A stretch of DNA of 64,000 nt from IMG/VR virus record IMGVR_UViG_3300042114_000252; one strand, 5' to 3'. The notes under the pieces are model-generated. The model was not told where the DNA came from. It saw only the letters and a list, made by a program, of their open reading frames with translations, and ran no database searches. The position numbers and the translations under genes are program-made. This document shows positions 1 to 7,254 of this stretch, piece by piece (within the stretch, counting starts at the first letter, position 1; each line of letters starts with the position of its first letter). This stretch comes from a virus.

Positions 1-316
1 CTTATTTTTTACAGAAATAAATCCCTTTACACAACCAACAAACTCTCCATTTAAAAATCTTTCATCTGTTTTTGAAACGCTATAAGTTTTTCCTTCTTTA
101 TCTTTTACAGAAACTATTCCATTTGCTACATGAACCAATTCCCCATTTAAATATCTTTCATCTGTTTTTGAAACACTAAAAGTTTTTCCTTCTTTATCTT
201 TTACAGGAACAAATCCCTTTGAAAAAGCTACCAATTCACCATTTAAAAATCTTTCATCTGTTTTTGAAACACTATAAATATTCCCAGCTTTATCTTTTAC
301 AGTAATAAATCCCTTT
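1..316 (-). repeat. Coding tandem repeat, 96-bp unit, at least 3.3 copies (KGFITVKDKAGNIYSVSKTDERFLNGELVAFS-like)
   Basis: The 'ttttacag' anchor recurs with acag at 11, 107, 203 and 299, a period of 96. Confidence 0.95.
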
Positions 317-606
317 AAATGATCCCATCCACCCTCACCTCCTATTTTTAAATTATAAGTGTCTTTTCTTAAAACAAATTCTTCATTAACTAAATCACGT
401 TCTAAATCTAACATTTCTTTTTTATTATCAAATATAGAAATTATTTCTTTTTTAAAATTATTTAATCCATATTTATTTTGGGACATTTTTAGATATTTCC
501 CTGACCCCATATAATTATCTTCTAAATCATATGTTTCATGAATTCCAATATATATTTTATTATTAATTTGATTTGTTATTTTATAAACACAATAAAAAAC
601 TTCCAT
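1..606 (-). CDS. GIY-YIG (Seg-like) homing endonuclease with C-terminal 32-aa tandem repeats; 3' end lies outside the window
   Basis: Not in the ORF track; translated by hand from ATG at 606 with AAGGA upstream: MEVFYCVYKITNQINNKIYIGIHETYDLEDNYMGSGKYL... has the VY-x-IYIG and YMGSG motifs. Frame stays open to position 1. Confidence 0.85.
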   Translation of the reverse strand, partial: MEVFYCVYKITNQINNKIYIGIHETYDLEDNYMGSGKYLKMSQNKYGLNNFKKEIISIFDNKKEMLDLERDLVNEEFVLRKDTYNLKIGGEGGWDHLKGFITVKDKAGNIYSVSKTDERFLNGELVAFSKGFVPVKDKEGKTFSVSKTDERYLNGELVHVANGIVSVKDKEGKTYSVSKTDERFLNGEFVGCVKGFISVKNK

Positions 607-720
607 CCTTTATTTTTTTCCTTTTATTTTTTTTACCATTATAATTATGATAAATTATCTAAAATATAGAATAACATTTTTTCGCTTAAAATAAACTTAA
701 TCAATAACTTTTTTATTTTA

Positions 721-792
721 AACACAAAATAGGACTTGAACCTACAATCTTCTGATTTGCAATCAGATGCTTTACCATTTAGCTATTTGTGC
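721..792 (-). tRNA. tRNA-Cys(GCA), no encoded CCA
   Basis: Cloverleaf; anticodon arm TCTGA-TTGCAAA-TCAGA; U discriminator. Confidence 0.93.
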
Positions 793-810
793 ATCTTATT
801 TTTTTTTGTA

Positions 811-896
811 TGTCTGAAGTGAGACTCGAACTCACACTCATTATATTCAGAACTAGTGCCTAAAACTAGCGGGTCTACCATTTTCCCCATTCAGAC
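811..896 (-). tRNA. tRNA-Leu(TAG), long variable arm, no encoded CCA
   Basis: Anticodon arm CTAGT-TTTAGGC-ACTAG; T arm GTGAG-TTCGAGT-CTCAC. Confidence 0.93.
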
Positions 897-922
897 TTAT
901 TTCTTATATATACATTATTTTT

Positions 923-997
923 TGGTATCATTAGTAAGATTCGAACTTACATAAAACTCGTTAGAAGCAAGTTGCCTATCCATTAGACTATAATGAC
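923..997 (-). tRNA. tRNA-Arg(TCT)
   Basis: Anticodon arm ACTTG-CTTCTAA-CGAGT; ends ACCA. Confidence 0.92.
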
Positions 998-1009
998 ACA
1001 TATTAAAAT

Positions 1010-1084
1010 TGGAGCTCAATAACAGAATCGAACTGTTTTCTCTTGGTTACAAAACAAGTGCTTCACCTACAAAGCTTATCAAGC
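1010..1084 (-). tRNA. tRNA-Thr(TGT)
   Basis: Loop TTTGTAA; acceptor GCTTGAT/ATTGAGC; ends TCCA. Confidence 0.88.
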
Positions 1085-1098
1085 ATTTTTTGTTTTTT

Positions 1099-1172
1099 TG
1101 GATGGGCTAAGAGGACTCGAACCCCTATTCTTAGATCCAAATTCTAATGTCCTACCTTTAGACGACAACCCA
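1099..1172 (-). tRNA. tRNA-Gln(TTG)
   Basis: Anticodon arm TTAGA-ATTTGGA-TCTAA; ends TCCA. Confidence 0.92.
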
Positions 1173-1192
1173 TTATTTTCTTTTCTACTTTT

Positions 1193-1266
1193 TGGCAAAC
1201 CATGTAGGAATCAAACCCACTCGACAAGGATTTGGAATCCCGCCCGATATCATATCTGCATGGAAT
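1193..1266 (-). tRNA. tRNA-Trp(CCA), atypical (two acceptor-stem mismatches, short D loop)
   Basis: Loop TTCCAAA; T arm GTGGG-TTTGATT-CCTAC; ends GCCA. Confidence 0.7.
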
Positions 1267-1285
1267 ATATATTTTATATATTTAA

Positions 1286-1359
1286 TGGAGCGAACACTGG
1301 GACTCGAACCCAGTTAATTAGTTTGGAAGACTAACGCACAACCTATATGCCATGTTCGC
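1286..1359 (-). tRNA. tRNA-Gly(TCC)
   Basis: Anticodon arm TTAGT-CTTCCAA-ACTAA; ends TCCA. Confidence 0.94.
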
Positions 1360-1417
1360 ACTTATTAGTTATATATATACATATATATAACATTATTTTT
1401 TGTTTTTTATTACAATT

Positions 1418-1499
1418 GAGGGAAGAAAGTTTAAAAAGTTATATTTTGATTTTTTAAAGCCGCCCTCTTTTTACTAAGAAGGCAAACTCTTTTGAAAGA
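1418..1499 (-). promoter_or_regulatory. Conserved structured leader element, copy B (candidate attenuator)
   Basis: Near-identical to 2813..2893. Hairpin GCCTTCTT/AAGAGGGC competes with GAGGG/CCCTC pairing. Confidence 0.6.
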
Positions 1500-1637
1500 T
1501 TACCTGGTTAGTATTTTTGAACCGCCCTGTCTATACTGTGTTTTCGTTCCACAATTTAGACAAGATAAATTCCATAAAGATATAGTATATGTATTATTAA
1601 CATTAACTGTGTTTTGTATTTTTGAATTACTTAACAT
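1500..1637 (-). CDS. 45-aa small ORF, candidate leader peptide B (MLSNSKIQNTVNVNNTYTISLWNLSCLNCGTKTQYRQGGSKILTR)
   Basis: Translated by hand. RBS/start AAGGATATAAAAATGTT is identical to copy A; ends AGG TAA. Confidence 0.65.
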   Translation of the reverse strand: MLSNSKIQNTVNVNNTYTISLWNLSCLNCGTKTQYRQGGSKILTR

Positions 1638-1806
1638 TTTTATATCCTTATTTTTTTTTATTTTGTTTTAGAATTATAACTAAAAAATAAAATAATTAAA
1701 AAAAAAATAATATTTTTAAAAAATATTTAAAAATTAATACAATTTATTTATTTTATTTTAAGAAAACTATTCTTATTTATATTTTTCTAATCTTCTACAT
1801 TTTATT

Positions 1807-1883
1807 TGGTATGCTTGGGAGGATTTGAACCTACAACTTCTTTTGTCGAAACAAAGCACTCTATCCAGTTGAGTTACAAACAT
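1807..1883 (-). tRNA. tRNA-Arg(TCG)
   Basis: Loop TTTCGAC; acceptor ATGTTTG/CAAGCAT; ends ACCA. Confidence 0.9.
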
Positions 1884-1903
1884 AAAATTATTTATCTTAC
1901 TTA

Positions 1904-1979
1904 TGGTCTGAACTAAGGGATTTGAACCCTTTACCTTAGCGCCCCAAACGCCACATGCAACCAACTACACCTAATTCAG
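1904..1979 (-). tRNA. tRNA-Pro(TGG)
   Basis: Anticodon arm TGGCG-TTTGGGG-CGCTA; ends ACCA. Confidence 0.93.
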
Positions 1980-1999
1980 TTATTAATTTTTATATATTA

Positions 2000-2075
2000 T
2001 GGTATGTGTTGTAAGATTTGAACTTACTACCTCTACCTTGTAAGAGTAGCGCTCTACCTATTGAGCTAAACACAC
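2000..2075 (-). tRNA. tRNA-Val(TAC)
   Basis: Anticodon arm CTACT-CTTACAA-GGTAG; ends ACCA. Confidence 0.94.
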
Positions 2076-2085
2076 TTCTTTTTTT

Positions 2086-2162
2086 TGGGTTGACTGATGA
2101 AACTTGAATTCACAACATCTGGTGCCACAAACCAGCGCCTCTACCATTGGGCTACAGCCAAC
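2086..2162 (-). tRNA. tRNA-His(GTG) with encoded G-1
   Basis: Anticodon arm CTGGT-TTGTGGC-ACCAG; G-1:C73; ends CCCA. Confidence 0.92.
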
Positions 2163-2191
2163 ATACATTTATATATAATTTTTTCATCTTT

Positions 2192-2262
2192 TGGTACCAA
2201 ATACTTGAATTGAACAAGTCTAACCATACTTATGAGGCACGGGTGTCACCTTGACATTTGGC
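2192..2262 (-). tRNA. tRNA with CAT anticodon (elongator Met or Ile2), shortened D region
   Basis: Anticodon arm CGTGC-CTCATAA-GTATG; acceptor GCCAAAT/ATTTGGT; ends ACCA; 71 nt in total. Confidence 0.75.
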
Positions 2263-2281
2263 TTTTTTATCTTTATATTTT

Positions 2282-2366
2282 TGGCGGAAGATCTGAGAAT
2301 CGAACTCAGCAATGTTTAACCACCCAAGGTTTAGCAAACCTCTTATGCACCTTGCATGCATCTTCC
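2282..2366 (-). tRNA. tRNA-Ser(GCT)
   Basis: Anticodon arm GAGGT-TTGCTAA-ACCTT; long variable arm; ends GCCA. Confidence 0.9.
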
Positions 2367-2368
2367 AA

Positions 2369-2444
2369 TGGTGCCAACTGGAAGAGTTGAACTTCCGACA
2401 CAAGGATTTTCAATCCTTTGCTCTACCTCCTGAGCTAAGTTGGC
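2369..2444 (-). tRNA. tRNA-Phe(GAA)
   Basis: Anticodon arm AAGGA-TTGAAAA-TCCTT; ends ACCA. Confidence 0.95.
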
Positions 2445-2467
2445 ATATATAATTTTCTTCTTTTACA

Positions 2468-2553
2468 TGGCGGAGGAGGAGAGACTCGAACTCTCAATAG
2501 TTTTACCTACGGCAGTTTTCAAGACTGCTGCCTTACCATTAGACTACTCATCC
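2468..2553 (-). tRNA. tRNA-Ser(TGA)
   Basis: Anticodon arm GCAGT-CTTGAAA-ACTGC; long variable arm; ends GCCA. Confidence 0.95.
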
Positions 2554-2570
2554 TTATTTATCAAACTTTT

Positions 2571-2646
2571 TGGTACTTCCAAAGGAATTCGAATCCTTGT
2601 GTCCTCCTGGAAAGGGAGGCATCCTAAACCACTAGATGATGGAAGC
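2571..2646 (-). tRNA. tRNA-Glu(TTC)
   Basis: Anticodon arm CCTCC-CTTTCCA-GGAGG; ends ACCA. Confidence 0.92.
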
Positions 2647-2678
2647 TTCTTTTTCTTTTATCTAAATTCTTTATATTT

Positions 2679-2754
2679 TGGTGGAGTATATCAGATTTGA
2701 ACTGATAACCTTTTGGTTGCAAACCAAATGCTCTACCAATTGAGCTAATACCCC
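2679..2754 (-). tRNA. tRNA-Ala(TGC)
   Basis: Anticodon arm TTTGG-TTTGCAA-CCAAA; G3:U70 identity pair; ends ACCA. Confidence 0.95.
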
Positions 2755-2812
2755 AATATATAAACTATACATATAAAATAATATATATTAAACACATTAT
2801 GTTTTATTTTAA

Positions 2813-2893
2813 GAGGGAAGAAAGTTTAAAAAGTTATATTTTTATTTTTTAAAGCTGCCCTCTTTTCTAAGAAGGCGAACTTTTTTTGAAAGT
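2813..2893 (-). promoter_or_regulatory. Conserved structured leader element, copy A (candidate attenuator)
   Basis: Near-identical to 1418..1499 and directly follows the AGG TAA of the small ORF. Confidence 0.6.
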
Positions 2894-3031
2894 TTACCTA
2901 ATTAGAAGTTTAGAAACATCTCTACTTTGCTCCGACTTATCACTCGGATGCATAATAGAATCAGACATAAAAATGGCTTCTGTATTTTTTACAGATTTAA
3001 CATTAAAAATTGATTTATTAAAATTAAACAT
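2894..3031 (-). CDS. 45-aa small ORF, candidate leader peptide A (MFNFNKSIFNVKSVKNTEAIFMSDSIMHPSDKSEQSRDVSKLLIR)
   Basis: Translated by hand. Same length, RBS/start and terminal AGG TAA as 1500..1637. Confidence 0.65.
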   Translation of the reverse strand: MFNFNKSIFNVKSVKNTEAIFMSDSIMHPSDKSEQSRDVSKLLIR

Positions 3032-3167
3032 TTTTATATCCTTTATATTTTTTTATTTATTATTATATTTTGTTTTTTTATTGTAATAAAAAATATTTTA
3101 TTGAAAAAAATTAGTTTTTTTAAAAAAAACCAATAAACTAACATAGTTTTATTTTTTATGTATTGGC

Positions 3168-3196
3168 ATTATATATAAAAAATAAAATAATGTCAA
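3168..3196 (-). promoter_or_regulatory. Consensus sigma70 promoter TTGACA-N17-TATAAT driving leader A and the tRNA array
   Basis: -35 at 3191..3196, -10 at 3168..3173, 17-nt spacer. Confidence 0.8.
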
Positions 3197-3300
3197 GAAA
3201 AAAATAAAAAAATAAAAAATTTTGATAAACTAATTTTATTTTTTTATTTTAATTTAAGAAACAACTTCTCTTTTTGATTCTATATATATAATATTATAAG

Positions 3301-4953
3301 TTATTCTACAGTTAAATATCCACCACAAGAAGGGCATGTATTATAGTTTATTCTATTATAAACCTTTCCACAATCATTGCATTCAACAAATGTATCATCA
3401 TTATTTTCTTTTTTTACAAAACAATCTTCAATATCTTTTAACATTTTATCTGCTTCTTCATTATCTACATCTCTAACAGTTTGTTCTTTTTCAGTAGATA
3501 CATTTTCTTCTTTTTTTTCTTTATTAATATCTTCTTTTGAACTATCAAAACTTTCATTAAATCTTTTTGTTGTTTTATTTATAAAATCCATAACAGCATT
3601 AGAATTAGAAGTAGTGAAAATATTTTTAATTTCATAACCTTCTTTTAAATATGGATCTAAAAAAGTTTTTATTTCTTTATCTTCTAAAACACTTTTTATA
3701 TTTTTTTCGATTTTTTCAAATTCTTTTTTTATTTCTTCTTTATTAATTGGATTTAATATTTTAGGAAATTTATAATCTTTAAACATTTCATCTATATAAT
3801 CATACTTATCTTTTTTCACTGATTCATTAGTTTGTTCTTTTTCAGTAGATACATTTTCTTCTTTTTTTTTATTAGTATAATTAGTATTTAAAAAACTTTC
3901 CACATTATCTACATATTGATAAGTTGAAGAAGTATCTTCTTTTTTTATTTCTTCTTTTTCATCAACTTTTTTATTAGATTGTTCCTTTTCTTTTTTAGAA
4001 GCCATTTTTTCTTTAAATTGCTTTTCTAAATCATCTATAATTTCTTTTCCTCTTTTTTCAAACCCTTCTACATTACCAAAAATCTTAGAAGCATTTTCTT
4101 TTAAAAATTCAAATCCTTTTTTTATTTCTTCTTCACTATCTTTATCTGAAAAAACTAAACAACCTCCTAATCCTTTAAAAAGAGGAATATTGTCAGAAAA
4201 GTCTGTTGATATATTATTTACAAATCCTTTCCCTAATTCTATACTTTCATTTAGAATATCAAAACTAGTTTTTTCTTTTTCAGTAGATACATTTTCTTCT
4301 TTTTTATCAGTCGATTGTTCTTTTTTTACTTTTGATTTTTCTAATTCTTCACACAAATCTTTTGAAATATTATTTACAAAAAATTTTCCTAATTCTATAC
4401 CATCATTTATGATATCACATAATGTTTTTTCTTTTTTTTCTTCTTTTTTATTAGTTTCTTGTTTTTGTTTGTTTGAGGCTTTTTCTTTTTTATCTATTTC
4501 TTCAAATAATTCTTTGATAAATTCTTCTTCATCAAAATCTTCTTCCTTATTACACATACAATTACAAGAATAACATTCATCATTATTTTCTTCATAATCT
4601 TCATTAAAATAATCTTCTGTTTTTACTAAATTACAATTTTTAACCCATTTTTTTATTTCTTTTTTATTTGGTTCTACAAAATTAAAAACAGAAATTGGAT
4701 TAGATTCAATAACATCTTCAAGTTTTTTATTATTTTTTAGATCAACATATTCATTTAATTCTTCTTTATACTTTAATCCACAAACATAACTTTTAGACAC
4801 TTTAAAAATTGTATCTTTATAATCTTCTTTATCCCAACTATATTGGTCTTTTAATGCCTTAATTAAAACAATTAACACATTTTTTGCTTTCTTTTTTTCT
4901 TTTTCACACAATTCTTGAAAATCTTCTCCAAATACTATTACTTTATTTTCCAT
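3301..4953 (-). CDS. Hypothetical Lys/Glu-rich protein with internal repeats (KKEENVSTEKEQT) and a C-terminal zinc ribbon (CNDC...CPSC)
   Basis: ORF track, 550 aa; RBS AGGA. Confidence 0.75.
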   Translation of the reverse strand: MENKVIVFGEDFQELCEKEKKKAKNVLIVLIKALKDQYSWDKEDYKDTIFKVSKSYVCGLKYKEELNEYVDLKNNKKLEDVIESNPISVFNFVEPNKKEIKKWVKNCNLVKTEDYFNEDYEENNDECYSCNCMCNKEEDFDEEEFIKELFEEIDKKEKASNKQKQETNKKEEKKEKTLCDIINDGIELGKFFVNNISKDLCEELEKSKVKKEQSTDKKEENVSTEKEKTSFDILNESIELGKGFVNNISTDFSDNIPLFKGLGGCLVFSDKDSEEEIKKGFEFLKENASKIFGNVEGFEKRGKEIIDDLEKQFKEKMASKKEKEQSNKKVDEKEEIKKEDTSSTYQYVDNVESFLNTNYTNKKKEENVSTEKEQTNESVKKDKYDYIDEMFKDYKFPKILNPINKEEIKKEFEKIEKNIKSVLEDKEIKTFLDPYLKEGYEIKNIFTTSNSNAVMDFINKTTKRFNESFDSSKEDINKEKKEENVSTEKEQTVRDVDNEEADKMLKDIEDCFVKKENNDDTFVECNDCGKVYNRINYNTCPSCGGYLTVE

Positions 4954-5040
4954 TCTTTATTTCCTACCTTTTATATTTTTATATTTTAATAATACAATTA
5001 TATCTAAATAAAACTAAAAAGAAAATTAAAAAAAGTTTTT

Positions 5041-5895
5041 TTATTTTTTTTGATTTTTTGTTTTTTTTACACTAGTTTCTTTTATTTCTTTTTCTTGATT
5101 GAAAACTATCATATCTTCAAAAAAATCTTTTTTAAAATAATCTTTTACTCTTACACTCATATCTTCTATTACATCAGAATCATCATATTCATCAAAAATA
5201 TGTCTACCACTTGATGAACACAAAAAATTATTAACTAAAACATTATAAATATCTTTTGAAGAATCAAATACAACACCTTCTTCTTTTAATTTTTTAATAG
5301 CTTCTAAGTATTCTTTTTCAACTTCTTTATCAGTTTCAAAAGTTCTTAAATTACTTCCAATATAACCAAAAGGAGATGATCCTATATATTTCTGTAGCAC
5401 TTCATTCTTAAATAAATCATTTGAAAAACCACCTTGATATTCTTCTATAATTATATCTTTATGATTATATTTTACAAGTACACGATTTTTATCTTTTTGT
5501 TTTTGTTCATATTTTTCTATATAATATTCTTCTGCTTCTTCATTTACTTTTGCAATATCAATATCTTTACTATCTTTCAATCCATTTACATTTTTTTCAA
5601 TTTTTAATATTATATTTTCAATTTCTATATCAGAACGATCTTTTCTAGGATAAAAAAATTCAGTTTTTGTTGGAATACTTATATAATATACATCTATTGT
5701 TTTTGTATAACCTTTCGTAAAATTCTCTTTTTTTTCTAATCCATTTATTTCACAAACTTTAGAAACTTCAGTTATATCTTTTTTTAATTCTTCTAAATTA
5801 TCATATAATTTATATCTATCTACATCTTTTGGAGAAAAAGTATTATAAGAACCTTTTTTTACTGTAATATCAAGAATATATTTATTTTTTGCCAT
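5041..5895 (-). CDS. Hypothetical protein sharing a YQGGFS...PFGYI domain with 28024..29376
   Basis: ORF track, 284 aa; paralogous segment seen by eye. Confidence 0.8.
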   Translation of the reverse strand: MAKNKYILDITVKKGSYNTFSPKDVDRYKLYDNLEELKKDITEVSKVCEINGLEKKENFTKGYTKTIDVYYISIPTKTEFFYPRKDRSDIEIENIILKIEKNVNGLKDSKDIDIAKVNEEAEEYYIEKYEQKQKDKNRVLVKYNHKDIIIEEYQGGFSNDLFKNEVLQKYIGSSPFGYIGSNLRTFETDKEVEKEYLEAIKKLKEEGVVFDSSKDIYNVLVNNFLCSSSGRHIFDEYDDSDVIEDMSVRVKDYFKKDFFEDMIVFNQEKEIKETSVKKTKNQKK

Positions 5896-6115
5896 TTTTT
5901 ATTTACCTCTTCTTTTTTTATTTTATATTATTTATTATATATAATTTTTAATATTTATTTCATTTTTTAATTAAATTTACCATATTCTAACTATTTTAAT
6001 ACTTTTATAATTAATTTTTGTGAAACTCCCATTTTAATGACACTATATCTTACTTAAATGACTTTAATTAACAAATTATTTTTAACTTACACTAAGTTAT
6101 TCTTCTATATATACA

Positions 6116-6832
6116 TTAGATTGTTTTTCTAAAACTTGTTTTTAAATCAAATCCTTGTTGAACTATTTTTTCTTTATTTGAAAAAAAAACTTCTTTTTCT
6201 TGATTCTTTTCTTTCCTTAAATACATTTCTAACTCTTGTATTATCTGTTCAGGTGATAACTTTTTAATAAGTTCTAATTTTTTAAGAATTGGATTAATTT
6301 CAAGCATTGACTCCATCATAACCTTTTGAGCAATACTTCCATCCAAATTATCTTTATATAAAGAATAAGAAATCAATGGTTCTTTTGTTACAACCCTTAA
6401 AGATTTTAACAAATCATCCCAATTTTTAGTTAAAAAATTATTCAACCATTTTTTATCTAGTTTGTTTAATTCAAATCTTAAATATTCATCTTTATTTAAA
6501 ATATTAATTTTTTCTTCCAATTCTTCAATAGAATAAGCAACTATTGATTTATAACCAACAGATATTATATAATTTCTTATTGTAAAAAATGGAACAATAA
6601 TATCTCCCACTATAACAAAAGAATACATAACTTGGTTTTTATATATATTTCTTTCATTTCCATAAGAATATTTCTGAAAAACTTTTTTTATTTCTTTCCT
6701 TAATTTTCCTTCTTCACTTTGTTCATTTATATATTTATTATCCCTATATCTTTCTAAAACTAAATCTTTTTCTCCACACATACCCAAAGCACATCCATCA
6801 TAATAATCTTGAAAGTTTGTTAAAATCTTCAT
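6116..6832 (-). CDS. Hypothetical protein, phage-like (MKILTNFQDYYD...GFDLKTSFR)
   Basis: ORF track, 238 aa. Confidence 0.75.
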   Translation of the reverse strand: MKILTNFQDYYDGCALGMCGEKDLVLERYRDNKYINEQSEEGKLRKEIKKVFQKYSYGNERNIYKNQVMYSFVIVGDIIVPFFTIRNYIISVGYKSIVAYSIEELEEKINILNKDEYLRFELNKLDKKWLNNFLTKNWDDLLKSLRVVTKEPLISYSLYKDNLDGSIAQKVMMESMLEINPILKKLELIKKLSPEQIIQELEMYLRKEKNQEKEVFFSNKEKIVQQGFDLKTSFRKTI

Positions 6833-6912
6833 TTTTATTGTTTCCCTTCATTTTTATTGTTTCCCTTCATTTTTTTATTTTATATATATAAATATAACAT
6901 TAATTATATATT

Positions 6913-7173
6913 TTATCTTCTATTATTTGCCATTTTCTTTTTAACTTCCACAGTTTCTTTTTTTATATTATTTTCTATCAAATCTTTATAGCATTTTTCT
7001 ATTTGATTATCATTCATTTTTTCTAAAAAATCACTATGAACAGCATCACCAAAATATAAACCACAATCAGCCATATTTTCTTCAAACCAATTCCACATTT
7101 TTAATGAATCTTCTTTATTATCTATTAATTCTTGCAACTTTTCATATTTTTTATCTAAAACTAATAATTCCAT
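6913..7173 (-). CDS. Hypothetical protein
   Basis: ORF track, 86 aa; RBS GAGG. Confidence 0.65.
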   Translation of the reverse strand: MELLVLDKKYEKLQELIDNKEDSLKMWNWFEENMADCGLYFGDAVHSDFLEKMNDNQIEKCYKDLIENNIKKETVEVKKKMANNRR

Positions 7174-7254
7174 TTTTGATTTACCTCTTATTTTTTATCT
7201 TCTATACAACATTATTTATTATATATAAATTAACTTAAAAAAATGTTAATTTAT

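Noticed and set aside
1193-1266. tRNA-Sec or a stop-suppressor tRNA (alternative genetic code)
   Set aside because: The anticodon is CCA with no long variable arm; no TCA, CTA or TTA anticodon occurs in the array; long ORFs are intact under code 11.
1098-2700. ORF-track entries 1098..1334, 1773..1964 and 2440..2700
   Set aside because: They overlap tRNA genes and are by-products of the higher GC there.
1418-3031. Leader cassettes as tmRNA or T-box elements
   Set aside because: No tRNA-like termini, no T-box consensus, and the ORFs have their own RBS and ATG.
2886-3086. + strand ORF 2886..3086
   Set aside because: Antisense to the 45-codon leader, which has the RBS, the promoter and a paralogue; this ORF has none of these.
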